Origin: Gemmatales bacterium
Lineage (GTDB): Bacteria; Planctomycetota; Planctomycetia; Gemmatales; HRBIN36
Assembly (NCBI GenBank): GCA_041640595.1
Contig: JBEPZY010000007.1
Coordinates: forward strand, 21,611 to 85,610
DNA: 64,000 nt
Direction: 5' to 3'
Shown: piece by piece, positions 20,282-30,388 of the stretch
Position numbering within the stretch: position 1 is the first letter of the stretch
How the letters are laid out: every line of letters begins with the position of its first letter
Notes under the pieces: model-generated
What the model was told of the DNA's origin: nothing
The model's database searches: none
What the model saw: the letters and a program-made list of their open reading frames with translations, nothing else
Program-made: the position numbers and the translations under genes

Positions 20282-21430
20282 CTATCCACGTGGAAGTGGC
20301 AACGAAACCACCTGTCCGGTGCTGGCGGATTTATAAGCGGCTAAAAGGACCTCAGCAATGTGAGCAGCCTCACGTACTGACATTTCGCTTTCGCGGTTAG
20401 CATCTAAGCAATCCAGAAAATAAGCAACGTCGCGTTCCACGAGTGGTGCTAACGGCCACCAGACCGTCTTGGGTCGGGCATGGGTGATTTCCATTGTGCT
20501 TTGCCAGAAGGCCATCGGATCTTCGGGGTGTGCTACGGGCGGAGTCCAGGGAGGTTCGTTGGTATATACTTCAATTCGCGGGCGCCAGGCATCGGCCAGA
20601 TAGGTTCTTCGTGTTCCGATAACTATGTACCGATGCATAGCTGCTCCAGGATGTGTAGTCCAACCAAATCGCCCAGCAGCAACGCTAACGGTGATGCCGT
20701 CCTCTAATTCAGCACTGACCAGGCCAAAATCCTCGATATTATGTTTCTGGTGCTCGCGGAAAAAATAGTTAGCAGTGCGTGCCCAGACGCGGACAAACTT
20801 TTTGCCTGTCAACCAGTGAATGTGGGCCAGGGGATACACACCGACATTGTCCAGTTCACGTTTGGCCTCGATAAGCTGGTGTCGTTGTGGAGGAAACTCT
20901 TCGCGTCGGCGTTCTGGTCGGGCTGTACCGGGATGCCCCTTTGCGAAAAAACAGTCGGCATGAATGGCGCGTATTTCTCCAAGCAATCCACTACGGACTA
21001 ATTGGCGTAAACGTTGCAACCAGGGCTGGGTCATAAAGGTGTACATGTGCGACTTGACTTTAGAGTGAGCCACTGCTGCTACCAACCTATCTGCTTCTTC
21101 CAGGCGTGGACAGAGCGATTTGTCTAAATACAGGTGTTTTCCTGCTTGAGCACACCGTTCGGCAATTTGTCCACGACGCTCTGGCTCTGCGCAAATACTA
21201 ACGACCGCCACTTCTTTCTTCTCCAGAGCTTCGCGGATATCTGGAATGTAAGGGATGTTTAGCTGTTTTGCTAAGCGTTCGTTCAGAGTCCTGCGTCTGG
21301 CACTGATGTTAGTTTCATCGCTGACAGCTAATAATCGCACACGCGGATCGGCTGCGAATGCCAGAGCATAAGTCTCCTGATGCGTTTGTCCTCCGGTGAT
21401 CAGCAAAACCCCATAGCGTTTTTCAGCCAT
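20282..21430 (-). CDS. Gfo/Idh/MocA-family oxidoreductase
   Basis: Rossmann-like N-terminus, AGKHLYLDKS (variant of the EKP motif), ELDNVGVY, C-terminal AAYKSASTGQVV. Confidence 0.8.
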   Translation of the reverse strand: MAEKRYGVLLITGGQTHQETYALAFAADPRVRLLAVSDETNISARRRTLNERLAKQLNIPYIPDIREALEKKEVAVVSICAEPERRGQIAERCAQAGKHLYLDKSLCPRLEEADRLVAAVAHSKVKSHMYTFMTQPWLQRLRQLVRSGLLGEIRAIHADCFFAKGHPGTARPERRREEFPPQRHQLIEAKRELDNVGVYPLAHIHWLTGKKFVRVWARTANYFFREHQKHNIEDFGLVSAELEDGITVSVAAGRFGWTTHPGAAMHRYIVIGTRRTYLADAWRPRIEVYTNEPPWTPPVAHPEDPMAFWQSTMEITHARPKTVWWPLAPLVERDVAYFLDCLDANRESEMSVREAAHIAEVLLAAYKSASTGQVVSLPLPRG

Positions 21431-21478
21431 GACGATTCCCCAATTAGCTCGTCCGTGCTCTGTCGGTAGAGACCGGTG

Positions 21479-22219
21479 CTATTGCCATCTTATTGGCTCG
21501 GAGGCCAAAAGCAATAGCCGTTTAGGTAGCCAGCCCGTAATATTGCCGGGCACAGATATGCACACCCATGAATTGTCGCGTTCTCCCAGCACATAGATTT
21601 CGGTTCCCGGGTGTAGGATGATTGGTTTACCATCATGCATAACTGGCGGATAACTTTCGCCATTACCGCTGCGCATAACGCAACGCTCACGCACGACTGC
21701 CCAGGGAGTTAATTCCTCCTGATGATGCCAGTATTGTTCAAGGGCAAAAGCTAATAAGGAGGCAGCTACTAAGAAAAGTCCCGCTATTGCGATCTTTTTG
21801 CCAGAACGAAAATGCGCAGCCAGTGCCGCGAGCCAGCCGCACCACCAGAGTACGAGCTCGAGCCGGCGCATAAAGAGACTTATACGTCCGCGAAGTGGCA
21901 GCGCCGGTGGTCTGTCAGGCACATAACTTCGCGCCAATTGTAACGCTTTAAGATAAGCCCATCGCCAGGGCTCCTGCTCGCAGGCTTTTCTAAAATAATA
22001 AACCGCTTCTGCGATATCGTTATACGCCAGGCTGCACACTCCAAGGTTGTAGTATAGTGAGCCTGATGCATATCCCAGGGTAATTAGGAGTCTGTATATA
22101 CTCGCGGCTCGCTCATAATCTTTCTGTTCGGCATAAGTGTCCGCCTGGCGAACCCACGGCCACGGATCAAGCAATACGCAGAAATTTATCCCTGCGATCA
22201 ACATCGTGGCAAGATTCAT
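21479..22219 (-). CDS. BatE-like TPR + TM + SH3-like protein
   Basis: TPR (LYYNLGVC..AVYYFRKA), two TM segments, MRSGNGESY..LHPGTEI..WVCI..TGWLP. Confidence 0.7.
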   Translation of the reverse strand: MNLATMLIAGINFCVLLDPWPWVRQADTYAEQKDYERAASIYRLLITLGYASGSLYYNLGVCSLAYNDIAEAVYYFRKACEQEPWRWAYLKALQLARSYVPDRPPALPLRGRISLFMRRLELVLWWCGWLAALAAHFRSGKKIAIAGLFLVAASLLAFALEQYWHHQEELTPWAVVRERCVMRSGNGESYPPVMHDGKPIILHPGTEIYVLGERDNSWVCISVPGNITGWLPKRLLLLASEPIRWQ

Positions 22220-23712
22220 AAACTGCGTTGCTCCGTTTTGTGTGTTTGTGACTGCCCGACCTGCAAATCAAGTATGCGAATGATTCGAATTAGCGATTCA
22301 ACATGCTCCTTAGCAAGGAGTCCAGACGGGGTGAAGGTGGCTTGCTCGATGATTTCGTAGAGATGATAAAAACGCTCCATCTGTTCATCATCCAGTCCGC
22401 ACGTGCCGAGTATCTGGACAAGCTGATGAGAGTCCACCGGGCCAGATAGATAGAAGCGTTGTCGAAGATGGGTCTGAATTACAGTCCAAATACGGAACGC
22501 ATCGGGCGAATCCTTGCGCAGTTCTTGCTTCAGTGCAGCCAGCGCGTTTCTGGCCGCAGACGTGTAGTAAGGAAAATAGAACGGCCGTCCGCGGTAATAG
22601 CACCAAAGCCTCAAAGTTAGCCAGATCACAGGAGGAACCGTCCAAGCAAGGATCACTTGCTTCGGAGCGTTAGTGCCCGATGACCAGGGTGGTTTCAGGT
22701 CATTAACTTGTTCGATGGGTAAATGGAGCGTTGTTTCGATCGGTTCCGGACGTCGCGCTTGGGTTGCGGGGGTAACGGTTATGTGGATCGTCCGGGTTTC
22801 TAATTCGACATAACCTGGGGATTCCTTGCGGGGGTCGAAACTTAGAAAGTGTATAGGGGGTATTGACCACACGCCTACCGACTCTGGTAGCCAGCGCCAC
22901 CGAAAACAACGCTCTTCGGCTGATGGCCAAGTGTCCCCCAGGTAAATCAAATTCAGGCTGGTTTGTGCGCTAAGACCTTGAGAAAGAGTAGATGGCTCTA
23001 TATTTTCCAGAGTACCGGTACCGCGAATGCATAAGCGCAATTCGAGGGATTCTCCAATTGTTACGCTTTCACAACCGGGTAAGAGGGAAACCGAGTATTG
23101 GCCCGGGGGTAATAAGATAGAGGACTGCAAAGAAAGAGGCGGAGGCGGGTCGCGAACTGTTAGCGACACGCTTCCACTGGCGTACAAGGTGTCCCTATCT
23201 TTTAGACGTAGTGAGACGGGTGCGAATATTATTTGCTCGCCGATCAACGGCTTATCTATAATCAGTTGCCACGAAAGCCGATAGACTGTGGCCGACTCCA
23301 TATGCAGACGGGGGATGTAAAGGACACGCCCTCCCGGCTGTACGCCAAGTGCATCAGCCTGGTCTTCAGACAGGTTAATTCGGCAAGCTAAAGCATCGGG
23401 TCTGGGTGAACTAAACATGCACAGCCATTGTTCCGCCGGCAATCGCCAGTTAAAGCCGAATTCCCGTCCAAGCCAAGGGATATCGAGGTACAGTGCTTTG
23501 CTCTCTAGCAGTAAAGTCTCGGGGAAACTAATATCCACGTTTAGTTCGACCAGTTGTCCGCGATAGACAGTAGGGCCGGTGTTAGTCCACAAACGAATCG
23601 TGGGCGGATCAACGTTAGTAGATTCACTGGCAAAACTAGCAGGAATCGCGTAAGCGGTTACTAACAGGCTTAGCACGCAAGGGGAGAGCAGATTACTTAA
23701 CGCACAACTCAT
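22216..23712 (-). CDS. BatD-like protein
   Basis: Signal peptide, VTIGESLELRLCIRGTGTL, IPPIHFLSFDP..GY and a C-terminal TM; lies between BatC-like and BatE-like genes. Confidence 0.65.
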   Translation of the reverse strand: MSCALSNLLSPCVLSLLVTAYAIPASFASESTNVDPPTIRLWTNTGPTVYRGQLVELNVDISFPETLLLESKALYLDIPWLGREFGFNWRLPAEQWLCMFSSPRPDALACRINLSEDQADALGVQPGGRVLYIPRLHMESATVYRLSWQLIIDKPLIGEQIIFAPVSLRLKDRDTLYASGSVSLTVRDPPPPLSLQSSILLPPGQYSVSLLPGCESVTIGESLELRLCIRGTGTLENIEPSTLSQGLSAQTSLNLIYLGDTWPSAEERCFRWRWLPESVGVWSIPPIHFLSFDPRKESPGYVELETRTIHITVTPATQARRPEPIETTLHLPIEQVNDLKPPWSSGTNAPKQVILAWTVPPVIWLTLRLWCYYRGRPFYFPYYTSAARNALAALKQELRKDSPDAFRIWTVIQTHLRQRFYLSGPVDSHQLVQILGTCGLDDEQMERFYHLYEIIEQATFTPSGLLAKEHVESLIRIIRILDLQVGQSQTHKTEQRSL

Positions 23713-23716
23713 GCCT

Positions 23717-24517
23717 TTACCAGTCCCGGATGTCTATGCCTTGTGGCAAGGACACGGATCGAAGCGCGCGTGCCTGGGTGATGCGCTGCCATTCATGATC
23801 GATCCAGCGTTGGGCATCCTGGGCAGACAGTGGCGGAGCGGTAACGGTTTTCGGGATAGCTGGTAGCTGGCCCCGGCCAGGGCGAATCCAGTCGCTTGTT
23901 TCGATGGGCTTATTGGGAGCTTTCTCGGTAAGGGGTTCTTTTACTGGTTTTGGTTGCGGCTTGTCGCTTTGGGACTTGTCTGGAGGCCTTGATTCGTTGT
24001 CCCGTGCGGAAGATTTGTGCGTGTGGTCAGGCGCTTTCGCAGGCTGGGATTCTTTTTGCAGATGTGCCAACAGTTGCATAGCTAAGCCCAGGTGCACCTG
24101 GGCGTTTTCGAAATCTGGTTGCTCGGACAAGCAGGTGCGGAAATCTTCGATGGCATCAGCTAAAAGTTCTGCGCGGTTGACGGTGCCTGGTTCCAGGGCA
24201 AGTGCCAGTCGTGCTGTGCCGCGACCGTAAAGGCTCAGAAGACGGCGATTGCCGTGGGCGTCTTCGAGTGCCTGGGTGTAGCCTTGGATAGCTTCAGGCC
24301 AGCGCCGTAGGCGCGATAGCATGGCAGCCTGGTTGAAGGCGACGAAGCCTGGATCCCGTGTAATCAAGGCGGCGGCTTGGTAATGGCGGAGTGCTTCTTC
24401 ATACTTGCCCTGTCGGTAAGCTGATTCGGCGGCGCGGAGGTAGTCCCGTTCGGTGGGTCTCCACCAGAAACCAAGGGGTAAGGCGAGCATCACCAGGAGC
24501 CAGGCACGACTGGTCAT
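23717..24517 (-). CDS. BatC-like TPR protein
   Basis: N-terminal TM, TPRs, P/K-rich linker, C-terminal RDW. Confidence 0.7.
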   Translation of the reverse strand: MTSRAWLLVMLALPLGFWWRPTERDYLRAAESAYRQGKYEEALRHYQAAALITRDPGFVAFNQAAMLSRLRRWPEAIQGYTQALEDAHGNRRLLSLYGRGTARLALALEPGTVNRAELLADAIEDFRTCLSEQPDFENAQVHLGLAMQLLAHLQKESQPAKAPDHTHKSSARDNESRPPDKSQSDKPQPKPVKEPLTEKAPNKPIETSDWIRPGRGQLPAIPKTVTAPPLSAQDAQRWIDHEWQRITQARALRSVSLPQGIDIRDW

Positions 24518-24518
24518 G

Positions 24519-26882
24519 TCAAGCTCGCTGCGGTTGCAGTTGTTGCAAAGCGAAGGCCTTAAGTCGGCGTAAATCGAGTTTTCCGGAGGCCAAAACGGGC
24601 AGTTCGCTTACTTCGATAAAAGCGTCGGGATCGGGGAGCCAGAGATTCGGAAGACCACTGTTCTTGAGCCGAGTGACAATGTCTTGTGGCGTCAGGCCGT
24701 CAGGCCAGGGGCGATGCACCACTACAAGCTTTTCGCCTTTGCGTTCGTCAGGCACGCCCACCACAGCGCAGACCAATTCGGTCGTTCCGAGGATTCGCTG
24801 AATTTCATCCTCAACGCGCTGGTGAGGCACCATTTCTCCGCCGATCTTGCTGAAACGGGCCAGGCGGTCGCGGATGGTGATGAAACCCTCTTCGTCGAGT
24901 TCGGCCAGATCTCCTGTAACATACCATCCGTCCTGAATGGCCTGCTGAGTTTCCGACTCGCGGTTTAGATAACCGAGCATGACGTTGGGCCCCTTGACGC
25001 GGAGCATACCGGTTCGACCTGGCGGCAACACTTCACCCGTATCGAGATCGGTAACCTGCACTGCCACTGCTGGAATTGGCCGACCGATGGTGCCCAGCTT
25101 GTGGCGAGTGCGTTCCCAGGTACCGTGGCGTTCGTTGGGCAGGTTGGTGGCTACGACGGGACTCAATTCGGTGCAACCATAGCCTTCTAAAGGCCAGATG
25201 CCGAACTTCTCTACAAACGCACGTGCTACAGAGCCGGGCAGCTTTTCTGCTCCGGTGATCAGCAAGCGCAGGCTGCGAAAGTGGGCAGGTTCACAGCGCC
25301 GATGGATCAGCCGCAGGAACGTAGGCGTGGTCACAAACAGCGTGCAGCGATGCTGACGGCACAGTTCGCCGATCTTATCGGCCTGGCGTGGGTCGGGGAA
25401 ATACACTGCCGAGGCTCCGATCACCAGCGGCAGCCACAGTGTTACTGTGTAGCCGAAGCTGTGAAAGAGTGGTAACACACCCAGCACACGGTCCTGGGGT
25501 ATCGGCTCTATCGCCTGGCAAACCGACTGAATGTTGGCCAGGATATTGAAATGCGACAGCATAACTCCTTTCGGATCACCAGTCGTGCCGCTGGAGAAAA
25601 TGACTGTCAGCAAATCTGCACAGGTTTGCCGATGAAGGCCCAGCTTCCGTTCCAGCAACCAGGCCGGCAGGAGCAAGCATTGCACCCACGCTAAAAGTTT
25701 TCGCCAGCGCGAGATTTGCTCGCGAAGTTCCTCCATGTAAAGCACGCTAACGCTCTGGCTCCAATCCCAGGCAATGCGTTCGCGCAATTTATGGGTTGTC
25801 AGGACGTGGCGAATCTTGCATTGCTGGATGGCGGAAAGAAGGGCTTCCTGGGAGGCAGTGTAGTTGAGATTTACGGCGATCCGGCCGGTCAGCGTAACGC
25901 CAAGGTTAGCAATGACCGCTCCCACGGACGTCGGCAGCAAAAGACCGACCATTTTCTCGTCTGCATCGAACATAGGCTGGAGCAACTCGCGCAGGACCAT
26001 TGCTCCGGCGAGTGTCTCTGCATAACTCAGCCGCAATCCCTTCTGCATCCCATCAATGACACACACGCGGAACGGATGTCGGCTAACCTGACGGATGAAC
26101 TGCCGATGGACGGGCCATTCCCAATCCCGTCGCTTTTCGAAAGCCTGTCCAAGTAGGATTTGGATTCGCCGCTCCAGCTCGTCGGGAGTTGTCTGAGCCG
26201 TCAGAGGGGCGTCAAAGACCACCGTCAACGGCAGTGGAATCCGCAGCGGCCTTTTCCAGCGAAGCCTGCCGCGACGTTCGCCAAACAAGTTACCCCAAAC
26301 CCGATCCAGAGCGGCCGGTATAACGGGCACTGTAGCGTCCATTGCTGCAGTTTGCCGATCAGTGGGACCAACGGCACGGTTGCTGTCTTCGGCCAGCAAT
26401 TGCCGAAGCCACCAACCCAGGTGAACACGCTGGTCGCCAACCTGATAGGGAGCATCGGCTGGTACGGCTACCAGTTCACCGCGCTTCAGGGCCAACCGTG
26501 CCTGTTTGACGGCTGCCCACAAGGCTTCCTTGCCGCCATCTTGTTCGATGAAGATAATCCCGAAGCATTTCGCTAACCAGGAAAACTGCCGCATGTGATG
26601 AGGTAAAGCAGGCACCAGACACCGTATGCGTCGCCGGCTGGCCAACGGCAGCATCAGTATATCCGGCCAGCCGACTGCGTTGTGCACGATGATACCCGCT
26701 CCGTGCGGCGGTAGCCATGTTTCGCCGCAGGTTCTGAGACGGTACACGGGCCACAATAACGCGCGGACAACAACCCTGGCCACTCGATGTCCCCAGCAAG
26801 CCAGCCAATCGTTCAATCTTGCCCACAGGCTCGAAGTTGGTGTCGCCTTCACCGTGCCGCCCAGAGCTACCTGCTCGTTCAC
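24519..26882 (-). CDS. Aas-like protein: degenerate PlsC-type domain + acyl-ACP synthetase (AMP-binding)
   Basis: IFSSGTTGDPKGV, EGYGCTE, WYVTGD, RFSKIGGEMV and GKLD; N-terminal acyltransferase-like region lacks the canonical NHxxxxD. Start uncertain. Confidence 0.85.
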   Translation of the reverse strand: MNEQVALGGTVKATPTSSLWARLNDWLACWGHRVARVVVRALLWPVYRLRTCGETWLPPHGAGIIVHNAVGWPDILMLPLASRRRIRCLVPALPHHMRQFSWLAKCFGIIFIEQDGGKEALWAAVKQARLALKRGELVAVPADAPYQVGDQRVHLGWWLRQLLAEDSNRAVGPTDRQTAAMDATVPVIPAALDRVWGNLFGERRGRLRWKRPLRIPLPLTVVFDAPLTAQTTPDELERRIQILLGQAFEKRRDWEWPVHRQFIRQVSRHPFRVCVIDGMQKGLRLSYAETLAGAMVLRELLQPMFDADEKMVGLLLPTSVGAVIANLGVTLTGRIAVNLNYTASQEALLSAIQQCKIRHVLTTHKLRERIAWDWSQSVSVLYMEELREQISRWRKLLAWVQCLLLPAWLLERKLGLHRQTCADLLTVIFSSGTTGDPKGVMLSHFNILANIQSVCQAIEPIPQDRVLGVLPLFHSFGYTVTLWLPLVIGASAVYFPDPRQADKIGELCRQHRCTLFVTTPTFLRLIHRRCEPAHFRSLRLLITGAEKLPGSVARAFVEKFGIWPLEGYGCTELSPVVATNLPNERHGTWERTRHKLGTIGRPIPAVAVQVTDLDTGEVLPPGRTGMLRVKGPNVMLGYLNRESETQQAIQDGWYVTGDLAELDEEGFITIRDRLARFSKIGGEMVPHQRVEDEIQRILGTTELVCAVVGVPDERKGEKLVVVHRPWPDGLTPQDIVTRLKNSGLPNLWLPDPDAFIEVSELPVLASGKLDLRRLKAFALQQLQPQRA

Positions 26883-27179
26883 GAGTCTCCCTCCCCTACT
26901 CAGGACGACTACTGTTAGTCTATAGCAACTAGCTTCTACCAGCACCTCTTCGCTCTGGCGTTGTCCGGCTAACGAAGCATACGTCCTCAGCCATCGTAAG
27001 TCTGATTCCTTGATGTCTCCGCTGTCATTATTTGTCCCGCCCAGCTTTTTATAGCGAGAACTGGTATTGCATTTCCCGCCACGCTTGTGTTAAAAGACGC
27101 AAGGCTGACGCAAACCTAATGCGGCAATTCGCCTGGCAAGAAAACGGTGCCAGACGACAACAGGGAAGGAGCCGACGCT

Positions 27180-27896
27180 ATGGAGGGCGGCCAAGCACCC
27201 CGTGTTGCTATCGTGGATTACAGTCTCGGCAATCTATTCAGTGTAAAGCATGCCTGCGAAAAGGTTGGTCTGCAACCATTCATTTCCTCCGACAAACATG
27301 AGATTCTTGCTGCAGATGCGGTGATCCTCCCGGGGGTTGGCGCCTTCGGTGATGCCATGGAGTGTTTGCGGCAGCGCGACCTGATCCGACCGCTCCAGGA
27401 CATTGCGGAGTCCGGCAAACCATTGATCGGCATTTGCCTCGGTCAGCAATTGCTTATGACCGAAAGTTTCGAGTTCGGACGCCATCGCGGTTTGAATATT
27501 TTTGAGGGGCCTGTGATCCGGTTTGAGAATCCCATGGGACCTGACGGCCCTCTCAAGGTGCCTCAGGTCGGTTGGAATCGCATTTATCGCCCCGAATATC
27601 TCAAACAACGCTGCGCAGGGGATTGCTGGCACGATTCACCTTTACAAGGACTGCGCGATGGCGAGTATATGTACTTCGTGCACTCTTATTACGTCAAGCC
27701 AGCCGACCCATCCGTAGTCCTTTCTATTACCCGCTACGGACACATCGAATTCTGTTCCAGCTTGCGTAAAGGCAACGTGATGGCCTTCCAGTTTCATCCG
27801 GAACGTAGTGGACCGCAGGGCATCCAGATCTATCACAACTTGGCTCGCCTGATCATTCAGCACTGCCAGAAGGAGGAAATACGCCGTGCCGCGTGA
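27180..27896 (+). CDS. HisH-like glutaminase subunit (WbuY-type, glycan cluster)
   Basis: IVDYSLGNL, LPGVGAF, GICLG, VPQVGWN, YFVHSY and QFHPERS; overlaps the sugar amidotransferase gene. Confidence 0.9.
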   Translation: MEGGQAPRVAIVDYSLGNLFSVKHACEKVGLQPFISSDKHEILAADAVILPGVGAFGDAMECLRQRDLIRPLQDIAESGKPLIGICLGQQLLMTESFEFGRHRGLNIFEGPVIRFENPMGPDGPLKVPQVGWNRIYRPEYLKQRCAGDCWHDSPLQGLRDGEYMYFVHSYYVKPADPSVVLSITRYGHIEFCSSLRKGNVMAFQFHPERSGPQGIQIYHNLARLIIQHCQKEEIRRAA

Positions 27897-29136
27897 AAAA
27901 CAGGAGAAGCTCGTCGCCTATTATGGCCTGCCTGAAAAGGTCATCTACTGTAAACGCTGCGTTATGTCGAATCAGCGTCCCTGCTCTTATCCGGAACACC
28001 TGCACCGTCCGGATCGCAAGACCCCCACTTTACACATTGACGAAGAAGGGGTATGCGATGCCTGCCGCGTCGCCGAAATGAAAGAACGCATTGATTGGGA
28101 AGCACGCGAAAAAGAGTTGCTGCGTCTGCTCGATAAGTACCGCCGCAACGACGGTAGCTATGATTGTCTGGTTCCTGGCAGTGGTGGCAAAGATAGTTGC
28201 TATGCTGCTCATGTGCTCAAATATAAGTACGGAATGCACCCACTTACTTGCACCTGGCCACCCATCCTGTATACTGATATTGGCTGGCAAAACTACCGCA
28301 ACTGGTGCGAGATCGGCGGCTTTGATAATGTTACCTTCAAACAAAACGGTCGGGTGATGAAACTGCTCACCCGCCTGGCAATCGAAAATCTTCTGCATCC
28401 ATTCCAAACGTTTATTCTCGGTCAGAAAAACCTGGCTCCGAAGATCGCTATGAAGTTCGGCATCAAGTTGATTTTCTACGGAGAAAATGAAGCCGAATAC
28501 GGCAATCCGATTGCGGATACCGCTACGTCGCTTCGTGATAAGTCCTATTACACCTATCAGAACCTGGATAATCTATACTTAGCCGGCGTGCGAGTGCCGG
28601 AGTTAATGGAGCGTTACAATCTTTCCCTCAACGACTTGCTCGCATACCTTCCAGCGGATGCCAAGGAATTAGAGGCTTCTGGCATAGAGGTTCACTATCT
28701 GGGATACTATCTCAAATGGGTCCCCCAGGAATGTTATTATTACGCTGCCGAGCATTGTGGATTTCAAGCGAATCCCTTCCGTACTGAGGGAACCTATAGC
28801 AAGTATAATAGCCTTGATGACAAGATTGATGGCTTCCACTACTACACTACTTATATCAAGTTCGGCCTCGGTCGCGCTAGCTACGACGCCTCTCAGGAGA
28901 TTCGCAATAAACACTTAACGCGTGAAGAGGGAATAGCTCTTGTAAAGCGTTTCGATGGTGAATTTCCCAGCAAGTACTTCCACGAAATCATGGACTATAT
29001 TGGGATGAAACCAGAATATTTCCTGGAACTTTGCGACAAGTTTCGGTCGCCTCATTTATGGAAAAAGGAAGGCGGGGAATGGAAACTTCGTTATCCCATC
29101 TGGGAGGTCGAAGAAGCCCAGCGCCAGGCGGCTTGA
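27886..29136 (+). CDS. N-acetyl-sugar amidotransferase (WbuX/PseA/PtmG-like, PP-loop)
   Basis: CKRC, CDAC, PGSGGKDS PP-loop, YGEN..EYG and KFGLGRA..DAS.EIR. Confidence 0.9.
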   Translation: MPREKQEKLVAYYGLPEKVIYCKRCVMSNQRPCSYPEHLHRPDRKTPTLHIDEEGVCDACRVAEMKERIDWEAREKELLRLLDKYRRNDGSYDCLVPGSGGKDSCYAAHVLKYKYGMHPLTCTWPPILYTDIGWQNYRNWCEIGGFDNVTFKQNGRVMKLLTRLAIENLLHPFQTFILGQKNLAPKIAMKFGIKLIFYGENEAEYGNPIADTATSLRDKSYYTYQNLDNLYLAGVRVPELMERYNLSLNDLLAYLPADAKELEASGIEVHYLGYYLKWVPQECYYYAAEHCGFQANPFRTEGTYSKYNSLDDKIDGFHYYTTYIKFGLGRASYDASQEIRNKHLTREEGIALVKRFDGEFPSKYFHEIMDYIGMKPEYFLELCDKFRSPHLWKKEGGEWKLRYPIWEVEEAQRQAA

Positions 29137-29305
29137 TAAATAGCGATCGCGAAATTCGCTAGATGTTTGGATAGCTACTTATCTCAGCGAGGGCAACCTA
29201 TTGCGCGAGCTCTCATCATCTATGCTAATGGGACAAACATACTTGCAACATTCTCCGACATCGTGATAAAACTTGGTGTGTGCTTGCAGGTAAAGAGAGG
29301 AAGCC

Positions 29306-30388
29306 GTGAATCCTGACTCAATTCGTGATTTGACGAATATCTGCATTGCTCCCGACGCACCTGTGCGTCTGGCGATGCAGTATATAGACCGGAATAGTAA
29401 AGGCATAGTGCTCGTGTGTGATGGGGATCGCCGTCTCCTGGGCACAGTTACAGATGGCGACATCCGGCGAGCAATTTTATCTGGTTGCAATTTAGACACG
29501 CCTGTGTTAGAGTTAGTGGAGCGTAAACCCGTTCAACGCCAACCCATTGTCGCCCGCTGGGGAACAAGTCCCGAGAGCTTGCTTCGGCTCATGCAGGATA
29601 CTGCTGTTCAACAAATTCCCTTGCTCGACGAGGACGAACGTGTTGTCGGTTTGGTAACCATGCAGGATTTATTGCCTGGCCAAATCCTGCCAATACGGGC
29701 AGTCATTATGGCTGGCGGGTTCGGTACGCGCTTACGTCCGCTAACTTCCGAAACACCTAAACCTATGTTGCCTGTCGGAGGTGAGCCTATACTGCAACGG
29801 ATTATCCGCCAGCTTCACCACTATGGGATTCGAAGAATTGTCATTACGACTCACTATTACGCCGAAAAGATCCGTGCTCATTTTCGGGACGGAAAGCATC
29901 TAGGCGTTGACATTTCCTATATTCACGAAGAAGAGCCACTCGGTACCGCTGGCGCGCTGGCACTGTTGGATTCTCCAAGGGAAACGCTGTTGGTTATCAA
30001 TGGTGACATCTTGACCCAGACGGATTTTCGGGACATGTTCGCTTATCATTTAGAACACCGTGCAGTGTTAACGGTTGGTGTGCGGAAATACGAATTTCAA
30101 GTTCCTTATGGTGTCGTTGAAAGTGAGCAGACCCAGGTGCGTCGGGTCGTAGAAAAACCTGGATTTTGTTTCTTTGTGAATGCAGGCATATATCTGGTGG
30201 AACCGGAAGCGCTGTTACTCATTCCAACCGGTCGCCGTTTTCATATGACCGACCTTATTAGCGCTCTTATCCAGCGAAACAAGACGGTGGTTAGTTTTCC
30301 CATCCTGGAATACTGGCTGGATATTGGTCAGCCGGGCGACTACGAACGAGCTGAAACCGACATCCGACTGGGGAGGTTCGCCGCATGA
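29306..30388 (+). CDS. CBS-domain sugar-1-phosphate nucleotidyltransferase (LegX/PtmE-like)
   Basis: TDGDIRR CBS pair, then IMAGGFGTRLRPLT..PKPML, EEEPLGTAG, NGDI and WLDIG. Confidence 0.88.
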   Translation: MNPDSIRDLTNICIAPDAPVRLAMQYIDRNSKGIVLVCDGDRRLLGTVTDGDIRRAILSGCNLDTPVLELVERKPVQRQPIVARWGTSPESLLRLMQDTAVQQIPLLDEDERVVGLVTMQDLLPGQILPIRAVIMAGGFGTRLRPLTSETPKPMLPVGGEPILQRIIRQLHHYGIRRIVITTHYYAEKIRAHFRDGKHLGVDISYIHEEEPLGTAGALALLDSPRETLLVINGDILTQTDFRDMFAYHLEHRAVLTVGVRKYEFQVPYGVVESEQTQVRRVVEKPGFCFFVNAGIYLVEPEALLLIPTGRRFHMTDLISALIQRNKTVVSFPILEYWLDIGQPGDYERAETDIRLGRFAA

